Of a DNA stretch of 64,000 nt, positions 29,610 through 37,557 are shown piece after piece. The DNA comes from Pyrinomonadaceae bacterium (GTDB lineage: Bacteria; Acidobacteriota; Blastocatellia; Pyrinomonadales; Pyrinomonadaceae): the NCBI GenBank assembly GCA_035645715.1, contig DASQMB010000056.1, positions 18,551 through 82,550 of the forward strand. The letters run 5' to 3'. Positions within the stretch are counted from its first letter, which is position 1, and every line of letters begins with the position of its first letter. A program made the position numbers and the translations under genes. The notes beneath the pieces are model-generated. The model was not told where the DNA came from, made no database searches, and saw only the letters and a program-made list of their open reading frames with translations.

Positions 29610-30470
29610 TTGCGCGGGTCGAGGCTGATAGGGTGGCTGTTGGGCGCGTGCCTGCTGTTGCAGGTGGCGTGCGGCGGCTGGCCGAGCTCGGAAGGCCCGC
29701 TCGGACTGGGCGGCGGCGCGGCCGCACGCCTCGCGCCGCGCTTTAACCTCTTCACGCCCGAGCAGGACGTGGAACTGGGCCGGATGACGGCGCGCGAGTA
29801 CGCGGGCCAGTTGCCACTCGTCGAGGACGAGCGCGTCGTCTCTTACGTCCAGCGCCTCGGCGAGCGACTGGCGGCGCGGGCCCCCGGCTACGGGTTCGAG
29901 TACAGGTTCGCGGTGGTGGCCTCGCCCGACGTGAACGCCTTCGCCCTGCCGGGCGGCTTCGTCTTCGTCAACGCGGGCGCGGTGCTCGCGGCCGAGAGCG
30001 AGGGCGAGCTGGCCGGGGTGCTGGCGCACGAGATCGCGCACGTCGCCCTGCGCCACGGGACCAACCAGGCGTCCAAAGCCTACCTTGCGAAGACCGGGCT
30101 CAACTTCATCCAGGCGGTGACGGGCGGCGAAGAGACGCGCCTGGGCAAATTCGTCGGCTCGCTCGGCAGCGCCGGCGCCGAGCTGATCTTCCTGCGCTTC
30201 AGCCGCGCCTCCGAGTCGGAGGCCGACCTCGAAGGCGCCCGCCTGATGGCCTCGGCCGGGTACGAGCCGCGCGAGATGGCGAGCTTCTTCTCGCGCCTCG
30301 GGGAACGCAGCGTCGAACGCCCGCACGAGCTACTGAGCGACCACCCGCATCCGCACGAGCGCGTCGCCGCCATCGAGCGCCACGCCCGGTCGCTCGGCGT
30401 GACCTCGCACGAGCCTTCGGACGCCGAGTTTCGGAAGATGAAAGCGCGGCTCTCCGCGCGCCTCAGGTAG
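29610..30470 (+). CDS. M48-family zinc metallopeptidase, probable lipoprotein
   Basis: It carries the HExxH motif HEIAHVALRH and the N-terminus LLGACLLLQVACGG, which looks like a lipobox. The TTG start is preceded by GGAGG. Confidence 0.88.
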   Translation: MRGSRLIGWLLGACLLLQVACGGWPSSEGPLGLGGGAAARLAPRFNLFTPEQDVELGRMTAREYAGQLPLVEDERVVSYVQRLGERLAARAPGYGFEYRFAVVASPDVNAFALPGGFVFVNAGAVLAAESEGELAGVLAHEIAHVALRHGTNQASKAYLAKTGLNFIQAVTGGEETRLGKFVGSLGSAGAELIFLRFSRASESEADLEGARLMASAGYEPREMASFFSRLGERSVERPHELLSDHPHPHERVAAIERHARSLGVTSHEPSDAEFRKMKARLSARLR

Positions 30471-30518
30471 AGGTCCGGCGCGGCCGGGTCGGGGCCGAGC
30501 CCTCACGAAAGCTTAAAC

Positions 30519-33500
30519 TCAGGTGATGAGGTCGAAGTCGCCGTCGAGGACGCGGTCGAGGCGCCCCGTGCGCCAGCCGCGCACGGAGTCGCGGACGAGC
30601 GGCGAGGGCTCCTCGCGGTAGCGGCGGACGATCTGCGCCGTTGCCTCGTCGGTTGCCATCGCCGCTTCGGCCTGACGCCTTAGCGCCTCGGGACCGTGGC
30701 CGGCGGGCTCGTCCGGCTGGCCGACGACGCGGACGCGCGCCCGCGCACGGCTGAAGGAAGACTTCTCGCCCTGCGGCGATTCGAGGACGTGCAGGCCGCC
30801 CTCGGCCTTGAGGATCGTGTAGGCGGCGTAGCCCGAGACGGCGAGCAGCGCGCGGTAGCCCCCGCCCGCGCCGTCGCCCTGCTCCGGCTCGCCCCCTCGT
30901 TCTTCGAGGACGGCCAGCCTCATCCGCCGCTTCTCGGCCCAGCGGCGGTACATGCCCGCCAGGGCTCGCGCGAAGCGCGAGCCGGCCGCGCGGTCGTCGC
31001 CCGGTTCGTCGGAGGCTGCGACGAGCAGGAAGGCGTCGCGCGGCTCGCCGGCTTCGAGCCCGCGGCGCGCCTCGCCGAGCAGGTAGAGCTGTTGGGCGAG
31101 GCGCGCGACGAGGTCCTGCGGCAACCTGCGCGGCCCTTCATGCGAGCCGGCACGGCCGAGGCGCGAAAGCAGCGAGCCGGCCGTGTCGAGGCCCGCCTCG
31201 ATGCGGTCCATGTACTCGATCAGGCCGAGCACGGAGAAGCGCGCCGCCGAGTTCCAGAAGTGGGCCGACTGCGTCTGCCGCAGCGACTCCTCCTTACGAC
31301 CGCGCCAATCGCCCGACTCGACCAACACCGCCAGCTCCTCGTAGATGTCGCGCAGCAGTTCCAGCTCGGCGGCCGTGCCCCTCGCGTCGAGCGCGATTCC
31401 TTCAACCCTCAACTCCTCGGGGGCCGCGGCCCTGGCGGCCTCCTGCCCGGCGGACTCGGCGTGGGCAGACGCGGACTCGGCCGCCGTCTCCGGGTCGGGC
31501 GCGTCCGGGTCCACGAACTCCACGTCGAGCGACTCCTGACCGGCCGACGAGCGGACGAAGAGGAACTGGTCGCCCTCCGGGTACTGGTGGTTGACGATGG
31601 CGATGGCGAGCGGCGCGAGCAGGTAACGCTCGACGGCGCGCTTGAGGGGCCGCGCGCCGAGGTCGGCCGTGAAGCCCTTCTCCAGCAGGAACTCGATGGC
31701 CGACTCGTCCCACTCGACGGCCCACTGGCGCGTGCGCAGTCCGCGCCGGTTGAGCACGTCGTGGAGCTCCTTGCGCAGCAGGTCGCGCATCACTGCGCGC
31801 CCGAGCGGGCGGAAGACGACGACGCGGTCGATGCGGTTGACGAACTCGCGGCGGAAGGCGCGCCCCACCGCGCGCTCGACCGAGGCCGAGGCGAACTGCG
31901 CCTGCTCCTGCGAGAAGCCGATGGAGGCCCCGTGCGGGAGCGTCGCCCCGAGGTTCGAGGTCATGATGATGACCGAGTGGCGGAAGTCTGCGGTGTTGCC
32001 GCGCCGGTCGGTCAGGCGCCCGTCGTCGAAGACCTGTAGGAAGAGGTCCCAGACCTGCGGGTGCGCCTTCTCGAACTCGTCGAGGAGGACGACCGAGAAG
32101 GGCTGCTTACGAATCTGGTTGACGAGGGCCGTGCTGCTGCTCGTCTCCGAGGCTTCGCCGAGGATGCGGTCGAGCGAGTCGGGCGTCTGGAACTCGCTCA
32201 TGTCGAGGCGGATCATGCGGTCGGGCGAGCCGAAGAGGAACTCTGCGAGCGTCTTGGCGATCTCGGTCTTGCCCGTCCCCGTCGGGCCGACGAAGAGGAA
32301 GACGCCCTGCGGGCGGGTCGGGTCCGTCACGCCCGCCTTGACCATCGCCACGCGCTCGACCAGGCACTCGACGGCCTCCGGCTGGCCCAGCACGCGCCGC
32401 TCGAAGAAGGCGCGCAAGGCGGAGAGGTCGAGCCCCTCGCGCTCGTCGAGAATCTGGCGCGGCAGGCCGGTCATCTGCGAGAGCGTGACGAGCAGGTCGT
32501 CGAGCGTGAGCTGCCGCTGCGTGTAGGAAGCCTCGTCTTCGGCGAGCTGGCGGCGGCGCGCCGCGTCGAGGAAGAAGAGGAGATTGCCGGGCGCGGCCTT
32601 GTCGGCGAGGTACTGCTGTGCGAGCTGGAACGCCTCGCGCAACGTCTCGTCGGGGACGCGCCGCATGTCCGCGCCCGGCAGCGGCAGGCCGAGCGCGAAC
32701 CGCTCGGACCAGCGGCGCCCGAGTGCCATCGTCTCCTCGTCGCCGAGCGGCGAGAGCAGGCAGGTCTGCATCGCCGTGCGCAGCTTCGGGCGCATCCGCA
32801 CCAACTGCTCGAAGGGCGCGGGCTCGATCTCGCCGACCACCTTCAGCTTGCCGCTCTCGATCTCGGGCAGCATCATGTCGAGCACGCCGGTCGGGTTCTG
32901 GCTGTGGCGGCCGGCCCAGAGCATCTCGTGGAAGTTGGGCACGACCCAGAGCACGCGCCGGTCGCCCACCTCTCGGACGAGCGAGTGGAGCCGCCCTTCG
33001 ATCATGCCGATGTACTGCTGGCCCGATATCAGGTCGGCGGCGCCGGCCTCGAAGACGAGCCAGCCGTCGGCGCGCAGCCGGTCGGCGGCGGCCCGCAGCA
33101 CCGCCGTCTTGCCCGTGCCCGAGTCGCCGACGAGCAGGACGCTGCGCGGCGGGTCGTTCCGGAGCGCCGACTCGATCTCCGAGACGCGCGCCTCGACGGT
33201 CGGCGTCGTGAAGACCTCGCCGCCCGCGCCGGCCTCCCAGACGCGCCCGAAGGATTTCAGAAACTCCATCGTCTCACGCTGCTTCACCCAAACGGCCAGG
33301 CCCTCGGCCAGTCCGGCCGGAAGCACGTCCGACAAATCACCCATGAGCAGCCCGACCTCGGCCACCTGTGCCGTGCCCAGGCGCCCGCGCTCGCAGGCCG
33401 CGAGCAGGTCGTCGAGCGTCAACGCCTCGCCGGCTTCGAGCCGGCCCGCGACGAACTCTCGCAACGAGCTGAGCGGCACGAACTCTCGCCAGGAGGAGTC

Positions 33501-34229
33501 GAGGCTCGCCAGGAGCCCCGCGAGCACCGGCCGCCGCGCGTGCGCGCCGAGCGCCCTCAGCGCGTAGAAGCGTTGCCAGGGCCAGCAGTCGTTGACGAGG
33601 GGCAGGAGGCGCTCGGCCGTCTCGCCGGACGAATCGGGCGTGCGCCGGGCGAGGGCTTCGAGCGCCATGCATGCCAGGACGGCGGGGGTGGTGAAGGTGT
33701 GCGCGATCATCTCGACGGTCGTCGCGCCCCCGTCGCGCAGCAGCTCGACGCCGCGGTTGAACTCTTCGCTCTCAAGCAACTCGCGCGGGTGCGCCGTGCG
33801 GTTGAAGAATTCATCCAAACCCCAGGCGAGCGCCTGGGGGGCGTCGCCGGCTGCCTCCGCCTTCTCAGTCGCTTCCGCCCACTCCGTCGCCTCGACCTCC
33901 CGCGCCGTCTCCGCGCCCCAGGCAGTTCCTCCCGTCTGTGTCCATTCCGCCGACGCCGCTTCGCCCGAATCGCTCACCAGCCGCAGGGCAGGCACCGCCT
34001 CTTCGTTCAGACGAGCCGGACCCGCCGCGCCCCCGTCAACCCCCGACTCATCAACCGCCGCCCGCCTCTTCTCTTCGCCGGTCCTCACTTTTTCCAGCTC
34101 GGCATGGAGCCGGGCCGACTCCCTCTCGGCCTCGGCCCGCCGCTCGTCGGCCGCGCGCAGCCGCCCCAGCGCTAGCCAGAGCGCGCCGGCGCACAGCAGG
34201 CACAGGATGAGGAGTCCGAGTTCGAGCAT
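30519..34229 (-). CDS. Membrane-anchored ClpA/ClpB-type double AAA+ ATPase with C-terminal release-factor-like (RF2-like, GGQ-less) domain
   Basis: The ORF is 1236 aa. It starts with a TM helix (MLELGLLILCLLCAGALWLALG) and a coiled coil. D1 has Walker A GDSGTGKT but a degenerate Walker B (LWVVPNFHEM). D2 is canonical (GPTGTGKT, VVLLDEFEKAHP, IIMTSNLG, GARPLKRAV). From about aa 940 to 1236 it resembles RF2 domains 1, 2 and 4. Confidence 0.92.
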   Translation of the reverse strand: MLELGLLILCLLCAGALWLALGRLRAADERRAEAERESARLHAELEKVRTGEEKRRAAVDESGVDGGAAGPARLNEEAVPALRLVSDSGEAASAEWTQTGGTAWGAETAREVEATEWAEATEKAEAAGDAPQALAWGLDEFFNRTAHPRELLESEEFNRGVELLRDGGATTVEMIAHTFTTPAVLACMALEALARRTPDSSGETAERLLPLVNDCWPWQRFYALRALGAHARRPVLAGLLASLDSSWREFVPLSSLREFVAGRLEAGEALTLDDLLAACERGRLGTAQVAEVGLLMGDLSDVLPAGLAEGLAVWVKQRETMEFLKSFGRVWEAGAGGEVFTTPTVEARVSEIESALRNDPPRSVLLVGDSGTGKTAVLRAAADRLRADGWLVFEAGAADLISGQQYIGMIEGRLHSLVREVGDRRVLWVVPNFHEMLWAGRHSQNPTGVLDMMLPEIESGKLKVVGEIEPAPFEQLVRMRPKLRTAMQTCLLSPLGDEETMALGRRWSERFALGLPLPGADMRRVPDETLREAFQLAQQYLADKAAPGNLLFFLDAARRRQLAEDEASYTQRQLTLDDLLVTLSQMTGLPRQILDEREGLDLSALRAFFERRVLGQPEAVECLVERVAMVKAGVTDPTRPQGVFLFVGPTGTGKTEIAKTLAEFLFGSPDRMIRLDMSEFQTPDSLDRILGEASETSSSTALVNQIRKQPFSVVLLDEFEKAHPQVWDLFLQVFDDGRLTDRRGNTADFRHSVIIMTSNLGATLPHGASIGFSQEQAQFASASVERAVGRAFRREFVNRIDRVVVFRPLGRAVMRDLLRKELHDVLNRRGLRTRQWAVEWDESAIEFLLEKGFTADLGARPLKRAVERYLLAPLAIAIVNHQYPEGDQFLFVRSSAGQESLDVEFVDPDAPDPETAAESASAHAESAGQEAARAAAPEELRVEGIALDARGTAAELELLRDIYEELAVLVESGDWRGRKEESLRQTQSAHFWNSAARFSVLGLIEYMDRIEAGLDTAGSLLSRLGRAGSHEGPRRLPQDLVARLAQQLYLLGEARRGLEAGEPRDAFLLVAASDEPGDDRAAGSRFARALAGMYRRWAEKRRMRLAVLEERGGEPEQGDGAGGGYRALLAVSGYAAYTILKAEGGLHVLESPQGEKSSFSRARARVRVVGQPDEPAGHGPEALRRQAEAAMATDEATAQIVRRYREEPSPLVRDSVRGWRTGRLDRVLDGDFDLIT

Positions 34230-34344
34230 AAAGAGGTAGCGGGCTTAACGATTGTCGGCCGGGAAGGGCCGCGGGTTACGGCGGAAGAAATCCGAAGGCG
34301 GGACGGATGTTAACACGGGCCGCGGAGTCGAAATAAACTGACGG

Positions 34345-34390
34345 CAAAAAGAGGCCGCGCCGCCGGCCCACGAGGGGCGGCGGCGCGGCC
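34345..34390 (-). terminator. Strong intrinsic terminator (minus strand)
   Basis: A 12-bp perfect GC stem (ggccgcgccgcc / ggcggcgcggcc) plus inner pairs. On the minus strand it is followed by CUCUUUUUG. Confidence 0.8.
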
Positions 34391-34873
34391 TGTTCCCGTT
34401 GAAACGCCGAAGCGCGTCATGGGATGGCGGCTGCGCTGCATGTACACGCAAGCGCGGCCATTTTTATATCCCGAAGCGCGGGCCAGCGGTCGGCCTTGCC
34501 TCCGGTCGGCTCGGACTTTCATCGGCTTGCGCCTCTTCGAGTCCCCGCCGCCCTCACGGGCGCGGTGCCGTTTGGTTTTTGTTCTGGTGGCTGTCCTCCA
34601 CCGCCGGTCTACGTTCCGGCGAAACGAGGTCCGACCGAGGTCGGACGACTGACTGCCCCGAAGTTGATCACTCCTCAGGGCGCGAGCGCGTTTTTATCCG
34701 CGTCGCCCGGAGAGCCTGCCGACTCTCCTCCAGCAAGCCTTTCGGCTTCGGCCCGGGCGTCATTGGCGACAACTTAAATCCGCTGCTGTTGCCGTCCTCG
34801 GGCGTCGGGCATTTCTGCCCTCGACCCGCCGATCCCGCGCCGGTCACGGCCCCCTTGAGAACCGCGACGGGAT
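34345..34873 (-). ncRNA. Candidate ~530-nt structured non-coding transcript (family not identified)
   Basis: The unit is bounded by a consensus promoter and the terminator above. It contains no convincing ORF. It has many short perfect hairpins, several with GNRA loops (34807..34820 GAAA, 34736..34747 GAAA, 34549..34562 GUGA), plus 34709..34728 and 34629..34646. Confidence 0.45.
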
Positions 34874-34877
34874 GCGG

Positions 34878-34906
34878 ACTATACGCACCGCGCCACACCC
34901 TGTCAA
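34878..34906 (-). promoter_or_regulatory. Consensus sigma70-type promoter on the minus strand
   Basis: On the minus strand it reads TTGACA (34906..34901), a 17-nt spacer, then TATAGT (34883..34878). An A7 run lies just upstream. Confidence 0.6.
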
Positions 34907-34991
34907 GCGGTTTTTTTCGCCGGCCGAAATCACCAATTAAAGCCCGCGTGTGATGATTTTCCGAGGGCTCGCAGGCGCTGGCAGTTGGCCT

Positions 34992-36731
34992 TCAGCGGCC
35001 GTGGAGCGGAAGGCGGAACGCGGCCATCTCTTCGCCGTTGCGGACCAGCAGCACGTCGCCGACCAGGACGGGGTGGTTCCAGGTCTTCCCCCTGATGGCC
35101 GAAAACCGCGCCAGTTCCTCGAAGCGTTCGGGGGCCGCGCCGGCCAGCGCCAGCTCGCCCTGCTCAGACACCACCAGCAACACGTCCTGTTCGGGCAGCA
35201 GGATGAGCTGGCCGGAGCCGTAGTTTCCGCCCTCCCACCTGCGCCCGCCGTCCGCGAGGTCGATGCAGGCGAGCGTGCCGTTGTCGAACCCGTAGGCGTG
35301 GCCGCGGTGCACGACGAAGTCGTTGAAGTAGGGCTTCAGCCCGTCGGTTGTCCAGCGCTCTTCGACCTTCCATCCGTCGCCGGCGTGCGCGACCGCGATG
35401 CGGTGCAGGTCGGCCCCCTCGCCGTCGCTCACCAGCAGGTCTCCGTCCGCGGTCAGGGCCGGCTGAACGATGCGGGTGTTCTGCGACAGTGGGTACTGCC
35501 AGAGCAGCCTTCCGTCCTCCGGCGCGACGCTGACCACGCCGGGGCCGCTCAGCAGCACGATCTGCGTGATTCCGTCAATCGTCGCTAAGTGGGGTGAGCT
35601 GTAACCGCTCCCGCCCTTCGGGCCGAACCAGCGTTGCTCGCCGGTGGCCGCGTCGTAGGCGGCGAGCGTGCCGGCGGTGGCGACGACGACCGCGTCGCCG
35701 ATCAACAGCGGCGAGCCGGCGAAGCCCCAGCCCGGAACCTTGGTCTGCGTGTCGGCGGCCGCGTTGCGCGACCAGACGACCGAGCCGTCGCCGGCATCGA
35801 GCGCGTTCAGGATGCCGGTCGCGCCGAGCGTGTAGACACGGCCGCCGCCGAGAGTCGGGGTCCCGCGCGGTCCGGCCCCGGCGTTCGACTCCCAGAACCT
35901 CGCCTCGTCGCGGTGGACCCAGACCGGCTGGCCCGTGGACGCGTTGTAGCAGGCGACGACCTCGTGCGGGCCGCGCTGCTCTTGCGTGTAGAGGCGGTCG
36001 CCGCCGACCGCGAAGGACGACCAGCCCGGCCCGACGGGGCGGCGCCACAACTCGACCGGCGGCGAAGTTTTCCAGTCGGTTGCGATCCGCACACCGCGGA
36101 CGACGCCGTCGCGCTCGGGGCCGCGAAAGCCGGGCCACGCCGCCCCGGCCTCCGCCGCCGGGGCCGACGTGCCGGGTGCCGGTTCGTCGCCGGCGCGGGC
36201 CAGCAGTCGCTGCTCGGGCGTCTGCGACCAGCGCCAGGCGAAGTCCGAATCGGCATCGCCGGTGATGCCGCCCGTCCGCAAAAGCGTGAAGGCGCCGCAG
36301 GCGATCAGGACGGCGGCGGCCAGGACCGCGCGCCGTCGCCCGTCGGAAAGCCGGCGGCCGACCGCCGCCCCGGCGGCGAGCGCCATGCTCACGAACACGA
36401 GGCCGTAGATGGGGAACATCATCCCCATCATGCCCCCCGCGATTGATTCGTGGAGGAGCGGCCGGGCCGCGACCATCGCGGCGACCAAAAGGGCGACGAT
36501 CCCCCACCGCTCGGCGCGCGGAGCGCGGCTGAAGAAGGCCCACCAGACGACGATCCCCAGCCCGCCAATCACCCCGGCCAGCAGGCCGAAGATGAGGGCT
36601 CCGGGCGCGACGAGTGGGACGACGAACCAGCCGAGCAGTTGCAGAGTGACGAAGAGGAGGCCGGGCCACAGCCGGAGCGGTTTCCGAATGGGGGCGCGGT
36701 CTGAGTGTTTGTCTGTGTGGGGGAGGGCCAT
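34992..36731 (-). CDS. Membrane-anchored PQQ-like (BamB-type) beta-propeller repeat protein
   Basis: About four N-terminal TM helices are followed by repeated propeller blades (GGRVYTLGATGILNALDAGDGSVVWS, TLAAYDAATGEQRWF, GTLACIDLADGGRRWE). The start is taken at MALPHTD (36731). Confidence 0.85.
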   Translation of the reverse strand: MALPHTDKHSDRAPIRKPLRLWPGLLFVTLQLLGWFVVPLVAPGALIFGLLAGVIGGLGIVVWWAFFSRAPRAERWGIVALLVAAMVAARPLLHESIAGGMMGMMFPIYGLVFVSMALAAGAAVGRRLSDGRRRAVLAAAVLIACGAFTLLRTGGITGDADSDFAWRWSQTPEQRLLARAGDEPAPGTSAPAAEAGAAWPGFRGPERDGVVRGVRIATDWKTSPPVELWRRPVGPGWSSFAVGGDRLYTQEQRGPHEVVACYNASTGQPVWVHRDEARFWESNAGAGPRGTPTLGGGRVYTLGATGILNALDAGDGSVVWSRNAAADTQTKVPGWGFAGSPLLIGDAVVVATAGTLAAYDAATGEQRWFGPKGGSGYSSPHLATIDGITQIVLLSGPGVVSVAPEDGRLLWQYPLSQNTRIVQPALTADGDLLVSDGEGADLHRIAVAHAGDGWKVEERWTTDGLKPYFNDFVVHRGHAYGFDNGTLACIDLADGGRRWEGGNYGSGQLILLPEQDVLLVVSEQGELALAGAAPERFEELARFSAIRGKTWNHPVLVGDVLLVRNGEEMAAFRLPLHGR

Positions 36732-36865
36732 GTCAGACCAATACGCCGCCCGAGAGGCCGTTTGTTCCCCGGGCTCGCGGCCCGACCGCGGCCCGACCCA
36801 GCGCCGGGGCGGCGGCGGCATTTCTTACCGGAGTGACGGGCGGGCGAATCGTCTCGACTCTTCGG

Positions 36866-37456
36866 TCAGACCTTGTTCGCCCGGGTCGCGCGGTTCAGGT
36901 AGTGCTGCCAGAGCAGGTGCGCGGCGACGGCGCGGAAGGGGCGCCATTGCTCGGCCAGTAGTTCGAGATCGGCGGGCGTCGGCCTCGAAGTGAGTTCTTT
37001 GACCTCCTGCGCGGCGACGGCCAGCGCGAGGTCGCCGCCCGGCCAGGCGTCGGGGCGGCCGAGCGCCATCAGCAGGTAGATGTCCACGGTCCACGGCCCG
37101 ACCCCTTTGACCTTGAGCAGCGCGGCCTTCACAGCCTCGTCGGGCAGCGACGAGAGCGCGTCGAGGTCCAACTCGCCCGCGGCGACCCGTCGCGCGAGCC
37201 CGCGACAGTAGTCGGCCTTCTGGCGGCTGAAGCCGGCGGCGCGCAGCGTCTCGTCGTCGAGCGCGAGGAGGGTCGCGGGCGTGAGCGGCGAGGCGGCGGC
37301 GAGCAGGCGGTCGAAGGTGGCGCGCGCAGAGGAGAGTGAGACCTGCTGTTCGAGGATGATCCGGACGAGGGTGGGGAAGCCGGGCTCGCGCGCCCAGAGG
37401 GGCGGCGGTCCGTGGCGCTCGACGACGCGGGCGAGGTCCGGGTCGCGCCGCGCCAG
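36866..37456 (-). CDS. HhH-GPD superfamily DNA glycosylase (AlkA/3-methyladenine glycosylase II-like); start codon unresolved
   Basis: It contains FPTLVRIILEQQVSLSSARATFDRL and LLKVKGVGPWTVDIYLLMALGRPDAWPGGDLAL. The homologous frame extends about 100 codons upstream of the only ATG/GTG/TTG (the TTG at 37171). The coordinates given use an in-frame CTG at 37456. Confidence 0.75.
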   Translation of the reverse strand: MARRDPDLARVVERHGPPPLWAREPGFPTLVRIILEQQVSLSSARATFDRLLAAASPLTPATLLALDDETLRAAGFSRQKADYCRGLARRVAAGELDLDALSSLPDEAVKAALLKVKGVGPWTVDIYLLMALGRPDAWPGGDLALAVAAQEVKELTSRPTPADLELLAEQWRPFRAVAAHLLWQHYLNRATRANKV

Positions 37457-37557
37457 TTCGGCGACGCCGGCCGCGAGCGTCTCGGGCGTGAGCCGCTCGA
37501 TTCGCCGCGGCGCGCGGCGGGCGCGTGCGGCCGGCGGGGCGGGATGGCGGCGGGTCT

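Noticed and set aside
32061-34175. A 704-aa plus-strand ORF opposite the AAA+ gene. The same applies to similar cases at 15658..17037, 23909..25588, 25237..26367, 28004..29290 and 42872..44248.
   Set aside because: The same antisense artefact applies. Each overlaps a gene with clear family motifs on the other strand.
34500-34545. An RNase P RNA P4-like motif, GAUGAAAGUCCGAGCC, on the minus strand. It is preceded by a P3-like GNRA hairpin, and a possible pairing partner UUCGGCGUUUC lies at about 34400.
   Set aside because: The motif lies about 350 nt from the promoter. Only about 120 nt separate the two candidate P4 strands. The other universally conserved blocks (GGUAACGCC, ACAGAGAGCA, GGUGAAA, ACAGAAnCCGGCUUA) are absent.
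34560-34860. A possible tmRNA (ssrA) on the minus strand. There is a GGGGGCC run about 20 nt after the predicted transcription start. The sequence UUGUC-GCC-AAU-GAC resembles the E. coli UAGUC-GCA-AAC-GAC resume context. The in-frame 'tag' is ANDARAEAERLAGGESAGSPGDADKNALAP followed by a stop.
   Set aside because: I found no T-arm (GGGUUCGAnUCCC-type). I found no 3' strand complementary to GGGGGCC with a G3:U70 pair followed by ACCA. The transcript ends in a terminator hairpin instead. The putative tag is 30 aa, ends in Pro and stops at a single UGA, all of which are atypical. A permuted two-piece layout is also excluded, because the promoter sits immediately upstream. Only a covariance-model search can settle this.
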